The notes under the pieces were generated by a model. The model ran no database searches. It was not told the origin of the DNA and saw only the letters and a program-made list of their open reading frames with translations. This document shows, piece by piece, positions 55,828 to 64,000 of a stretch of 64,000 bases of DNA (its first letter is position 1; every line of letters begins with the position of its first letter). The position numbers and the translations under genes were made by a program. This DNA is from Terriglobia bacterium (GTDB lineage: Bacteria > Acidobacteriota > Terriglobia > JAJPHL01), in contig JAJPHL010000035.1 of the NCBI GenBank assembly GCA_021325275.1, positions 54,916 to 118,915 on the forward strand, in the 5' to 3' direction.

Positions 55828-56771
55828 CACTCGTCGTCATCGCCGATCCCGGCGCACCCTACTTGCGCCTCCTGGAACGGCTTCCCAAAGACGTGTGCGT
55901 CCAGGTCGGCAGCGATCCGGCGTTTCTGCGCGAAGCGGCCGCGGGCGCCGACGTGCTTCTGAGCGACATCACCGGCGGATCGCTCGAACCGGTCTTCGTG
56001 CACGCGAAAAACGTGCGCTGGGTTCACTCGCTCGCCGCGGGCGTCGACAAGATTCTGTTCCCGGCGCTCATCGAGAGTCCCGTGCCGCTGACGAATTCGC
56101 GCGGCGTATTCAAAGACGCGCTGGCCGAGTTCGTCATCGCCGCGATTTTGTTTTTCGCCAAGGATCTGCGGCGTTTGGTGCGACAACAGGAAGCTCACGT
56201 TTGGGATCAATTCGACATTCCCATGGTCCGCGGACAAGTTCTCGGCATCATCGGCTACGGCGAGATCGGACGCGCCACGGCAAAACTGGCGGCCGCGCTC
56301 GGGATGCGCGTGGTTGCGATGCGGCGGTGCGACGCGCCGGTGGAAGCGCCGGTGGAACGCGTCTACGCCCGCGAAGAATTGCACGCCATGCTCGCGGCTT
56401 GCGACTACGTTGTGCTCTGCGCGCCGCTTACGCCCGAAACGCGCGGCGTGATCGACGGGGCGGCATTGCGCGCCATGAAGTCAAGCGCGGTGCTGATCAA
56501 TATTGGCCGTGGACCGCTGGTGGTCGAAGCGGATTTGATCGGGGCACTCGCCAATCGCCTCCGGGGAGCCGCGCTCGACGTGTACGATCGAGAACCGCTG
56601 CCGCCAGACCATCCTTATTACACCATGGGGAACGTGCTGCTCTCGCCGCATTCGGCCGACCACGCGGTCGGCTGGGCGTCATGGTCGATGCTGAAGTTTT
56701 TGGAAAACTTTGAGCGTTTCTACAACGGCCGTGAACTATTGAACGTGGTCGACAAGCGCGCCGGTTACTGA
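55824..56771 (+). CDS. D-isomer-specific 2-hydroxyacid dehydrogenase (NAD-binding)
   Basis: GIIGYGEIGRATAKLAAALGMRV Rossmann motif; catalytic RG...E...H (SPHSADH). ATGA overlap with the pirin gene. Confidence 0.85.
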   Translation: MTLVVIADPGAPYLRLLERLPKDVCVQVGSDPAFLREAAAGADVLLSDITGGSLEPVFVHAKNVRWVHSLAAGVDKILFPALIESPVPLTNSRGVFKDALAEFVIAAILFFAKDLRRLVRQQEAHVWDQFDIPMVRGQVLGIIGYGEIGRATAKLAAALGMRVVAMRRCDAPVEAPVERVYAREELHAMLAACDYVVLCAPLTPETRGVIDGAALRAMKSSAVLINIGRGPLVVEADLIGALANRLRGAALDVYDREPLPPDHPYYTMGNVLLSPHSADHAVGWASWSMLKFLENFERFYNGRELLNVVDKRAGY

Positions 56772-57475
56772 ACGGCTTCCTGCGCCTTACGCTGCGTCCA
56801 CAGTTTCACGCCGCCGAGTAATCCCGCGATGTTCGGAACGATTTGGGTTTTCGGCGGCAGCGCGCCTTCGATCTTGGCGGCATTCCCGCCGCCGATATAG
56901 AGGCGATCGTAGTTGAAAAGCGCTTCCATCGTCGCGATCGCTTGGCGCAGACGCTTGTTCCACTTCTTGCGTCCCAATTTTTTCAAGCCCTTTTTGCCCA
57001 GCAGATCTTCGTAACTCTGGTTATCGCGAAATGGATGATGGCCGAGTTCGATGTTCGGCACCATCATGCCTTCCACAAACAGCGCCGATCCCATCCCGGT
57101 GCCGAGCGTGATCACCATTTCTACGCCGCGTCCCTTGATCGCGCCGAATCCTTGCATGTCGGCGTCGTTTGTTACCTGAACCGGTTTGTGCAAGCGCTTC
57201 TCGAGCTCGCGCTTCAAGTTGTGCAGCACCCAGCGGGGATGCAGATTCGCCGCCGTGTAGATCACGCCCTTGCGCACGACACCGGGAAATCCCACCGACA
57301 CGCGATCGAACGCGGGTTGCTTCGCGGCTTGCTCGCCAATCACTTTCATGCAAGCGGCGGGCGTCGCGGGATCGGGCGTAAGCGAGCGCAAACGTTCGCT
57401 GACCGGTTTTCCCCGTTGGTCGAGCACGATGGTTTTGATCCCCGTGCCACCGATGTCGATGCACAGGATCTTCAC
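56765..57475 (-). CDS. ROK-family sugar kinase (polyphosphate/ATP glucokinase-like)
   Basis: ILCIDIGGTGIK N-terminus, DADMQGFG, LGTGMGSAL. Start assigned to a GTG at 57475; the track ORF extends to 57760 without a credible start or homology. Confidence 0.7.
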   Translation of the reverse strand: MKILCIDIGGTGIKTIVLDQRGKPVSERLRSLTPDPATPAACMKVIGEQAAKQPAFDRVSVGFPGVVRKGVIYTAANLHPRWVLHNLKRELEKRLHKPVQVTNDADMQGFGAIKGRGVEMVITLGTGMGSALFVEGMMVPNIELGHHPFRDNQSYEDLLGKKGLKKLGRKKWNKRLRQAIATMEALFNYDRLYIGGGNAAKIEGALPPKTQIVPNIAGLLGGVKLWTQRKAQEAVQ

Positions 57476-58782
57476 TGCGCGAGCTCCACTTTCACGACGG
57501 TATCGTAGGGATCCCGTCCCTCGGGCAGCTTGAACACTTCGTGATCGAGATACGTCGAGTGACTCACAGCCGTGCCCCGGCCCAAGATTTGGGCGCTCTT
57601 CACGGCGCGCGGCAGTTTCGGAATCGCGATGACGGAATCGGGCCAATCGAAGATGTGCAGATAAACGACGTTGCCTTTTTGTGTGGTCACGCCCCAAGGA
57701 CGCGCCGTGATCGGGCCGGCCGTGGTTCCGTAAACACTCTCGCCGTTCCTCCCCATCCAATCGCCCACTTGCTGCAAGCGCTCGACAAATTCCGGTTGAA
57801 TCTTTCCATTCGGCATCGGGCCGATGTTCAGCAGGAAGTTGGCATTCAGCGCCGCGGCCTTCACCAAATACTGCACCAACTGACGCGGCGACTTGAATCG
57901 CTTGTCGCTCGAGTTATAGCCCCACGCGCCGTTGATCGTCTCGCAAGTTTCGAGCGGCAGTTCGCCCACTTTCGATTCGCTGTTGAAATCGGCGGTGTGC
58001 CCGCCCGGCAAATCCTTCTCGAACATTTGAAAATCTTCGCCGGGGTTCGGCAGGCGATGATGATTGTTGCCGATCAACGCGGCGGGCTGCAAATCGTGAA
58101 TCAATTGATAGGTTTGTCCCAATCGCCAATTCGCATCGGGACGATCCCACCAGCCGTCGAACCAGATTCCGCCAATCGGTCCATAGTTCGTGAGCAGTTC
58201 GCGGAGCTGGCCGTCCATGAAATCGAGATACTTGTTGAAGTCGCCGCTTTCGGGACGGCCCGCGGTCACGCCGGTGCCTCCGCGCGGAAAATAATCGGGC
58301 GAATGCCAATCGAGCTGCGAGTGATAGAAGAACAATTTAATGCCCTGGCGGCGGCATTCTTCCGCCAACATTTTCAGCGGGTCTTTCTTGTACGGTGTGG
58401 CGTCGACGATATTCCAAGGCGAGAGCTTCGTTTGGAACATCGCGAAGCCGTCGTGATGTTTGCTGGTGATGGTGATGTACTTCATGCCCGCGGCCTTCGC
58501 GAGCGAAACCCACTCGGCGGCGTTGAAGTCGGTGGGATTGAAGCGCGGGGCAAGCTTTTCGTACTCGGTGACGGGCATTTTGTCGTTGTTCATCACCCAT
58601 TCGCCCTTTCCCAGCACCGAGTAGACGCCCCAGTGAATGAACATGCCGAAGCGCGCTTGCTGGAACCATTGGCGCGCTTGCAAATTGTCAGGCGACGGGC
58701 GATATCCAGGTTGGGCCTGCAGCAGCAGAGAGAAAACACAGAGGAGAATCGCAAGACGTGCGGCGTGCTTCATGCGCCGCAT
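57472..58782 (-). CDS. Alpha-L-fucosidase (GH29), secreted
   Basis: WFQQARFGMFIHWGVYSV, MKYITITSKHHDGFAMF, catalytic Asp region. Signal peptide from MRRMKHAARLAILL. Confidence 0.85.
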   Translation of the reverse strand: MRRMKHAARLAILLCVFSLLLQAQPGYRPSPDNLQARQWFQQARFGMFIHWGVYSVLGKGEWVMNNDKMPVTEYEKLAPRFNPTDFNAAEWVSLAKAAGMKYITITSKHHDGFAMFQTKLSPWNIVDATPYKKDPLKMLAEECRRQGIKLFFYHSQLDWHSPDYFPRGGTGVTAGRPESGDFNKYLDFMDGQLRELLTNYGPIGGIWFDGWWDRPDANWRLGQTYQLIHDLQPAALIGNNHHRLPNPGEDFQMFEKDLPGGHTADFNSESKVGELPLETCETINGAWGYNSSDKRFKSPRQLVQYLVKAAALNANFLLNIGPMPNGKIQPEFVERLQQVGDWMGRNGESVYGTTAGPITARPWGVTTQKGNVVYLHIFDWPDSVIAIPKLPRAVKSAQILGRGTAVSHSTYLDHEVFKLPEGRDPYDTVVKVELAQ

Positions 58783-58792
58783 CGTATCATAG

Positions 58793-59428
58793 TTGACGAT
58801 GATGCTCGATTGGCCGGCGCGCGTGTCTCGGCATTTCCGCGAAGCGCGAATGCAGCGTTTTTTGCGCGAAATTCCGCTGACTCCCGAGACGCGCGTGCTC
58901 GACGTAGGCGGTGCGCCGGAAACGTGGGCGAATCTGCCGCTGCGTCCCCGCGTGGTCATCCTGAATATGCCGCGCGCCGCGGAAGCATTTGGAGAGATTC
59001 TCGCAGTCGGCGGAGACGGATGTGCGTTGCCCTTTGCGGATCAATCCTTCGACGTGGTGTTCAGCAATTCGGTGATCGAACACGTGGGAAGCTGGGAAAA
59101 GCAGCAGCGTTTCGCCGCGGAAGTGGCGCGCGTGGGACGCCGCTACTGGGTGCAGACGCCGAATCGCGGATTTCCCGTGGAGACGCACCTGCTCACGCCG
59201 TTCTTGCACTGGCTGCCGCGGGCTCTTCAGGAAATAATTGCACCTCGCTTCACCGTGTGGTCGATGTTGACGAAGGCGAGCGCCGATCAGCGCGCGTGGT
59301 ACGTTCGCCATTTTCTCGACGACATCAAACTGCTCGACGCCGGGCAAGTGTCCGCGCTTTTTCCCGGCGCGACGTTGATTCGCGAACGCGCAGGCGGATT
59401 CGTGAAGTCGCTGATCGCGATGCGATGA
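58793..59428 (+). CDS. Class I SAM-dependent methyltransferase
   Basis: VLDVGGAPE, FADQSFDVVFSNSVIEHV. Confidence 0.7.
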   Translation: MTMMLDWPARVSRHFREARMQRFLREIPLTPETRVLDVGGAPETWANLPLRPRVVILNMPRAAEAFGEILAVGGDGCALPFADQSFDVVFSNSVIEHVGSWEKQQRFAAEVARVGRRYWVQTPNRGFPVETHLLTPFLHWLPRALQEIIAPRFTVWSMLTKASADQRAWYVRHFLDDIKLLDAGQVSALFPGATLIRERAGGFVKSLIAMR

Positions 59429-59618
59429 CCAGCGGCACAGGCCTCCATTGCCTGCCCCATCCGCTCCGCCCCCCCGAGAAAATCGGTTTAAACGAAAGTT
59501 CTATTCCGATAAACCTTGGTTCTAGCTCCTCGGGATCATGCGCGCGAGTGACTACGTAAGCTATAGTAGAAACATTATCGACTGGGGTGCGCGCTGCAGG
59601 GCGGGCTCCGGGTTCATC

Positions 59619-62192
59619 ATGTCATTCAAAGGCACGGACACAGCGCCGACGGAATCCGACCGCTCCAAGTGGGATCAACTGGAGCGCAAGGAAGGCCAGT
59701 TGTGGAGCTACGCGCTTTGGCTCGGATTATTGCTGGCCGTGGCGTGGGCCGCCGCCGAGTGGGAACATCTCCGCGCGTTTTCACTGAATCTTACGAGTCT
59801 TCCGGCCGGCGTGGTGGTGTTGATGGTTCTGTTTTTCGTCTACGCGTTCCGGAAACGCCAGGAGATTTTGGAACTGCGCAGTTTCGTCCGCGGAATTCGC
59901 GAACGCGACGAAGCGCCTCCCACCGAGCAGCAACTGGAACGCCTTTTCGCGATCGTCGAAAAATCGCAGCACGGATATCGCGAGCTGATCGATAGCTTCG
60001 ACGACGTAGTGTTCGCGTTCAGTCTCGAAGGCCGCCTGCAAGCGGCCAATCGCGCGCTGGAAGCCGTGCTCGGCGAGCCGATCGGCGCGCTGGTGGGCCG
60101 CAATCTCAGCGAACTGGTCTCCGAACCAACGGCGGAAGACGCCGAGCGCGGACTGTCGCGCTTTCTCGACCGCCGTCATTGGCAAGGCGTATTGAAAGTG
60201 CGAATCCGCAAATCGGGCGGCGTACGTTATTACGATACGATCCTGCAGGCGATCGTCAGCAACGGCGTGGTCACGGGCGTCAGCGTGTTGGCGCGCGACG
60301 TGACGCGAGCGCGCGAAGTGGAAGCGCGCTTCACCGAGCTTTTCGAGACGCTGCAAGAAGGAATCTACGTGCGCTCGGCCGACGGTGAAATGTTGAGCGT
60401 CAATCCCGCGCTGGCGCGAATGCTCGGTTACGAGAACGCCAACGAACTGCTCGGCGTCCGCTGGCAGCAGTTGTGCGAAGCGTCGGTCCACGCAGGACTC
60501 CCTGGGCAGTCGGGAACGCGTCCGCTAACCGGCGAAATCCGCTTGCGCCGCAAAGACGGCGCGACGGTGCTGTGTCAGGCCTACACCACGCCGCTCTACG
60601 ATCCGCAAGGCAACGTGACGCGCTATCAGGGAACGCTGGTCGATATCTCGCAGCGCAAGGAAATGGAAGAGCGCCTGCACAGCGAGCAGGAGTTCGCGCG
60701 GCAACTGGTCACCAGCGTCCCGGACACGATTACGGCGCTCGATCGTGAGGGTCGCTTCACGTTTCTTACGCCTCACTACATGGAGGTCACAGGATATCCG
60801 CCGGAAGAGATGCTCGGCCAGCCGTACGGCGCGAACATCGCGTCGGAGGATTTTGCGCGCGTGCGTGACGCCTTCCAGGACTTGATCGCGGGGCGCTCGC
60901 CGCAAGTTTCCCTCGAGTATCGCGTGAATCATCGCGACGGCCGGCCGCGGACCGTCGCGACGATCGCGTGTCCGCTGACCGACAGCGGTGGGCAAATCAC
61001 GGGCGTCGTCGCGTCGACGCGTGATCTCACCGAGCGGCGGCGCCTGGAACAGCAAATCATGCAAACCGAAAAACTCGCCGCCATGGGTCGCATGATCGCC
61101 GGCGTGGCGCACGAACTGAACAATCCGTTGACCGTGATTCTCGGCGCCAGCGACACGCAAGGCGCGCCGGCGCCCGACGCCGGAAGCAATCGCCGCTTGG
61201 ATTTGATCCAAACGCAAGCCCGGCGCACGGCCGAGATCGTGCAGAATCTTTTATCGTTCTCGCGTCCACCGTCGCCGGAGCGAAAGCCCGTCGACATCGA
61301 CGAATTGATCGCTCGCACGCTGCAACTTTGCGATTATTCGCTGCGGGTCAACTGCATCACCGTCGACGTGGCCTCGGAAAAAGGATTGCCCGCCGTCGCC
61401 GGCGACGCCGCGCAACTCGTGCAGGTGTTCGTAAACCTGGTAGTGAACGCCGAACAAGCGATCCGCGAAGTTCGCGATCGCGGACGCATTCGCATCCGCA
61501 CCGGTGCGGGCGGCGGACAAGTTTGGATCAGCTTTCAAGACGATGGTCCCGGCATCAGTTCGCAAGTGCTGCCGAATATTTTCGACCCGTTCTTCACTAC
61601 GAAGCGTCCGGGACGCGGCACCGGACTGGGCTTGAGCATTTGTCTTTCGATTTTGCGCGAACACGGCGGATCGATCGACGCGCAGCACGGTCCCGTGGAC
61701 GGTGAATTCCCGAGCGGCACCCTCTTCATCGTCACGCTGCCGGAGGCCAAGGGCGCGGTGGTGCATCCCGAAGAGACGCCGGCGCCTTTGCCGTTCCCCG
61801 AATTGCGCGAACGCAGCATTCTCGTAGTGGACGACGAACCGGGCATTCTCGATTTGATCCGCATGACGCTGCAGAATCGCGGAATGATCGTGGAGTGCGC
61901 GCGCAACGCCGACGAAGGATTGCGCGCGCTCGCCACGCGCAAGTTCGACTTCATTCTTTGCGACATGAAGATGCCTCGCGGCAGCGGCAAGGATCTTTAC
62001 GAGCGAGCGCGGCAGCAGTTCGCCACGATACCCACTTACATCTTGATGGCCGGCGATCCCACCGATCCCGTCACCGTGGATTTCGCGCGCGAAGCGAAAG
62101 TCACGCTGCTCGCGAAGCCGTTCACCATCGCCGATTTGCTGCGCGTTTTGGGATCGCCGCAACGCGCGGGTCGCGAGAATCGCGCGTCGTAG
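59619..62192 (+). CDS. Hybrid sensor histidine kinase: TM region, three PAS domains, HisKA, HATPase_c and a C-terminal receiver
   Basis: H-box AGVAHELNNPL; ATPase DDGPGI and GTGLGLSI; receiver ILVVDDEPG...DFILCDMKMP. Confidence 0.8.
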   Translation: MSFKGTDTAPTESDRSKWDQLERKEGQLWSYALWLGLLLAVAWAAAEWEHLRAFSLNLTSLPAGVVVLMVLFFVYAFRKRQEILELRSFVRGIRERDEAPPTEQQLERLFAIVEKSQHGYRELIDSFDDVVFAFSLEGRLQAANRALEAVLGEPIGALVGRNLSELVSEPTAEDAERGLSRFLDRRHWQGVLKVRIRKSGGVRYYDTILQAIVSNGVVTGVSVLARDVTRAREVEARFTELFETLQEGIYVRSADGEMLSVNPALARMLGYENANELLGVRWQQLCEASVHAGLPGQSGTRPLTGEIRLRRKDGATVLCQAYTTPLYDPQGNVTRYQGTLVDISQRKEMEERLHSEQEFARQLVTSVPDTITALDREGRFTFLTPHYMEVTGYPPEEMLGQPYGANIASEDFARVRDAFQDLIAGRSPQVSLEYRVNHRDGRPRTVATIACPLTDSGGQITGVVASTRDLTERRRLEQQIMQTEKLAAMGRMIAGVAHELNNPLTVILGASDTQGAPAPDAGSNRRLDLIQTQARRTAEIVQNLLSFSRPPSPERKPVDIDELIARTLQLCDYSLRVNCITVDVASEKGLPAVAGDAAQLVQVFVNLVVNAEQAIREVRDRGRIRIRTGAGGGQVWISFQDDGPGISSQVLPNIFDPFFTTKRPGRGTGLGLSICLSILREHGGSIDAQHGPVDGEFPSGTLFIVTLPEAKGAVVHPEETPAPLPFPELRERSILVVDDEPGILDLIRMTLQNRGMIVECARNADEGLRALATRKFDFILCDMKMPRGSGKDLYERARQQFATIPTYILMAGDPTDPVTVDFAREAKVTLLAKPFTIADLLRVLGSPQRAGRENRAS

Positions 62193-62267
62193 CCAGGCAA
62201 AGAAGGAGAGATTTGCCGCGGCGGCTAGCATACCCAAGACAACGCGCGTGATAAAGTAGGAATTCCC

Positions 62268-63458
62268 ATGCCTGTGGAAACCGTGAAAATGAAGGCGCGC
62301 GGATTCATCTGCGTGAATTCGCATCCGGAAGGTTGCCGTCGCAACGTGGAGCGCCAAATCGACGTTGTGCGCGGCGCGGGAAAACGCGCCGGATTCAAGA
62401 ACGTGCTCGTTGTCGGCGCGTCCACTGGTTATGGACTCGCCAGTCGCATCGCTGCCGCGTGGGGATTCGGCGCGAAGACTCTCGGCGTGTTTTTCGAGCG
62501 ACCGCCCGAAGGCGGCAAGCCCGCCACCGCGGGATTCTACAACTCAGTGGCGTTTCACGACGCGGCGCGCCGGGGCGGTCTCTATGCCGCGAGCATCAAC
62601 GGCGACGCATTTTCCGACGGCGTGAAGAAGCAAGCCGTGGAAATCATCCGCCGCGGCATGGGCACGGTCGATTTGGTGATTTACAGTTTGGCGTCGCCGC
62701 GCCGCACGCATCCGAAAACGGGTGTGGTGTACAACTCGGCACTGAAACCGATTGGCGCGCCGTTCACTGCGCACACCATCGACCTGAATGCGGAAAAAGT
62801 TGTGGAAGTCACGATCCCGCCGGCCAGCGACGATGAGATCGCCGGCACGGTCGCGGTGATGGGCGGCGAAGATTGGCGCATGTGGATCCACACGCTGCTC
62901 GACGAGAAACTGTTGGCGCCCGGCGCCAGGACGGTGGCGTATTCCTACATCGGACCGTCGGTCACGTGGCCGGTTTATCGCGACGGGACAATTGGTCGCG
63001 CGAAGCAGGACCTGGAGGCCGCGGCCGCTGCGATGCGCGAGGGACTGGGCCAGAACGCCGCGTGGGTCGCGGTGAACAAAGCGGTGGTGACGCAAGCGTC
63101 GGCGGCGATTCCGGTTGTGCCGCTGTACATGAGTCTTTTGCCGCGCGTGATGAAGGCGAAGGGCCTGGAAGAAGGTTGTATCGAGCAAATGGCGCGCTTG
63201 TTCTTCGAGCACATCGCGCCCGATCGTACGCCCACGCTGGACGATGCGCGACGCATTCGCATGGACGATCGCGAGATGCGCGACGACGTGCAAAAAGAAG
63301 TCCTGCGTGATTTTCCAAGCATCACGACGGAAAACTTGCTCACGTCCACCGACTTTCCGAACTTCAAGCGGGAGTTTCAAGGCCTGTTCGGCTTCAACGT
63401 GGATGGCGTCGATTACACGCAACCTGTTGAGACTGACCTAGCGTTGGTAAATCCATAA
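62268..63458 (+). CDS. fabV: Enoyl-[acyl-carrier-protein] reductase (NADH), FabV / trans-2-enoyl-CoA reductase family
   Basis: RGFICVNSHPEGC, VLVVGASTGYGLASRIA, catalytic YSYIGP...K region; about 396 aa. Confidence 0.9.
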   Translation: MPVETVKMKARGFICVNSHPEGCRRNVERQIDVVRGAGKRAGFKNVLVVGASTGYGLASRIAAAWGFGAKTLGVFFERPPEGGKPATAGFYNSVAFHDAARRGGLYAASINGDAFSDGVKKQAVEIIRRGMGTVDLVIYSLASPRRTHPKTGVVYNSALKPIGAPFTAHTIDLNAEKVVEVTIPPASDDEIAGTVAVMGGEDWRMWIHTLLDEKLLAPGARTVAYSYIGPSVTWPVYRDGTIGRAKQDLEAAAAAMREGLGQNAAWVAVNKAVVTQASAAIPVVPLYMSLLPRVMKAKGLEEGCIEQMARLFFEHIAPDRTPTLDDARRIRMDDREMRDDVQKEVLRDFPSITTENLLTSTDFPNFKREFQGLFGFNVDGVDYTQPVETDLALVNP

Positions 63459-63462
63459 CGTT

Positions 63463-64000
63463 ATGAAACGCGTTCGCAAAATTCTCATGATTTTCGCCAT
63501 CGTTCTCGTCGTGCTCATCGCGATTCCAGCAGTGCTTTTCTGGAACGCGCAGCGCAGCTACGCTGCGGCGCATCTCAAAGCCGGCGATCGCGCGCCGGAA
63601 TTCGCGTTGCCCGATCAGAACGGACGCACCGTCCGCTTGGCCGATTACCTCGGGAAGAAGAACGTAGTTCTGGCGTTCTACATCAAGGCCAACACGCCTG
63701 GTTGAACGAAAGAAATGAAGGCGTATCAGGCTGATATCGCCAAACTGGAAGCCGCCGACACCGTGGTGATGGGATTGAGCGTCGATTCGAGCGCCGACAA
63801 TTTGAAATTCGCGAACGATGCAGGATTGAACATGCCGTTGCTTTCCGACACGTCGAAAGAAGTGAGCACGCGATATGGCGTGTTGAATCCCCTGCTGCGA
63901 TTTGCGAATCGCACCACGTTTGTGGTCGATAAGTCCGGCGTGATTCAACACGTCGATGCGGGCGGCGGCGCGGTGGATCCCACGGGCGCAGTGTCGGCAT
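63463..64000 (+). CDS. Membrane-anchored BCP/AhpC-TSA-family peroxiredoxin with in-frame UGA at the peroxidatic-Cys position; candidate selenoprotein, 3'-truncated by the window end
   Basis: TM anchor MKRVRKILMIFAIVLVVLIAIPAVLF. Prx motif GDRAPEFALPDQNGRTVRLADYLGKKNVVLAFYIKANTPG-[TGA 63703-63705]-TKE. The frame stays open to the window end, with further BCP-like sequence (VVMGLSVDSSADNLKFANDAGLNMPLLSD...YGV...RTTFVVDKSGVI). Confidence 0.6.
63720..63741 (+). promoter_or_regulatory. Candidate bacterial SECIS stem-loop (GGCGUAUC-AGGCU-GAUA[U]CGCC) 14 nt downstream of the UGA
   Basis: 8-bp stem with one bulged U and a 5-nt apical loop containing GG. Spacing from the UGA is within the range used by bacterial SelB-dependent elements. 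Confidence 0.3.

Noticed and set aside
56765-57760. Extended 331-aa version of the ROK kinase with a 95-aa Arg-rich N-terminus.
   Set aside because: The extension has no homology and biased composition, and ROK proteins begin at the (V/M)KILxIDIGGT motif. Start reassigned to the GTG at 57475.

Overview
The window reads as a high-GC chromosomal segment from an Acidobacteria-like genome. The taxonomic pointer is a TIGR03435-family protein ending '...VIDHAEKPS', seen here without the BlaR1/M56 partner it usually has.

Most of the window is housekeeping. It carries a tRNA-Asn, xseA, ndk, sucCD, trpD, maf, smpB, pepA, degP, fabV, an EF-G paralog, galT, a NarL/NarX-type two-component pair and a hybrid PAS histidine kinase.

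Several accessory features stand out against that background:
- A seven-gene minus-strand module (2067-7517) joins an SPFH/band-7 protein, AdoMetDC (SpeH), two DUF4178 zinc-ribbon proteins, a 61-aa membrane protein, a DUF350 protein and a multi-TM spermidine-synthase fusion. Homologs of its parts occur in the B. subtilis pspA-ydjGHI and E. coli yjf envelope-stress operons, but the combination is essentially uncharacterised.
- A membrane-anchored BCP-type peroxiredoxin at the window end has an in-frame TGA exactly at the peroxidatic Cys position, making it a candidate selenoprotein, and a plausible stem-loop follows 14 nt downstream.
- Two related families of long palindromic REP-like elements are built from (CGCAGAnn)x3 arms, with three copies of one and one of the other. 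Two copies extend the annotated N-termini of neighbouring ORFs.
- A TPR-secretin carries a C-terminal cohesin-like domain and is followed by two pseudopilins, with no T2SS or T4P ATPase or platform genes nearby.
- A nitrite-assimilation cluster has NirA bracketed by two P-II-like proteins, followed by an FNT channel and a porin.
- A histone-H1-like protein (acidic N-terminal half, KAKPKA-repeat C-terminus) sits behind a textbook sigma70 promoter.
- aguBA (agmatine to putrescine) lies downstream of the family-B REP element.
- A VapBC pair has a perfect operator palindrome upstream.

No transposase, integrase, CRISPR array or rRNA was seen.
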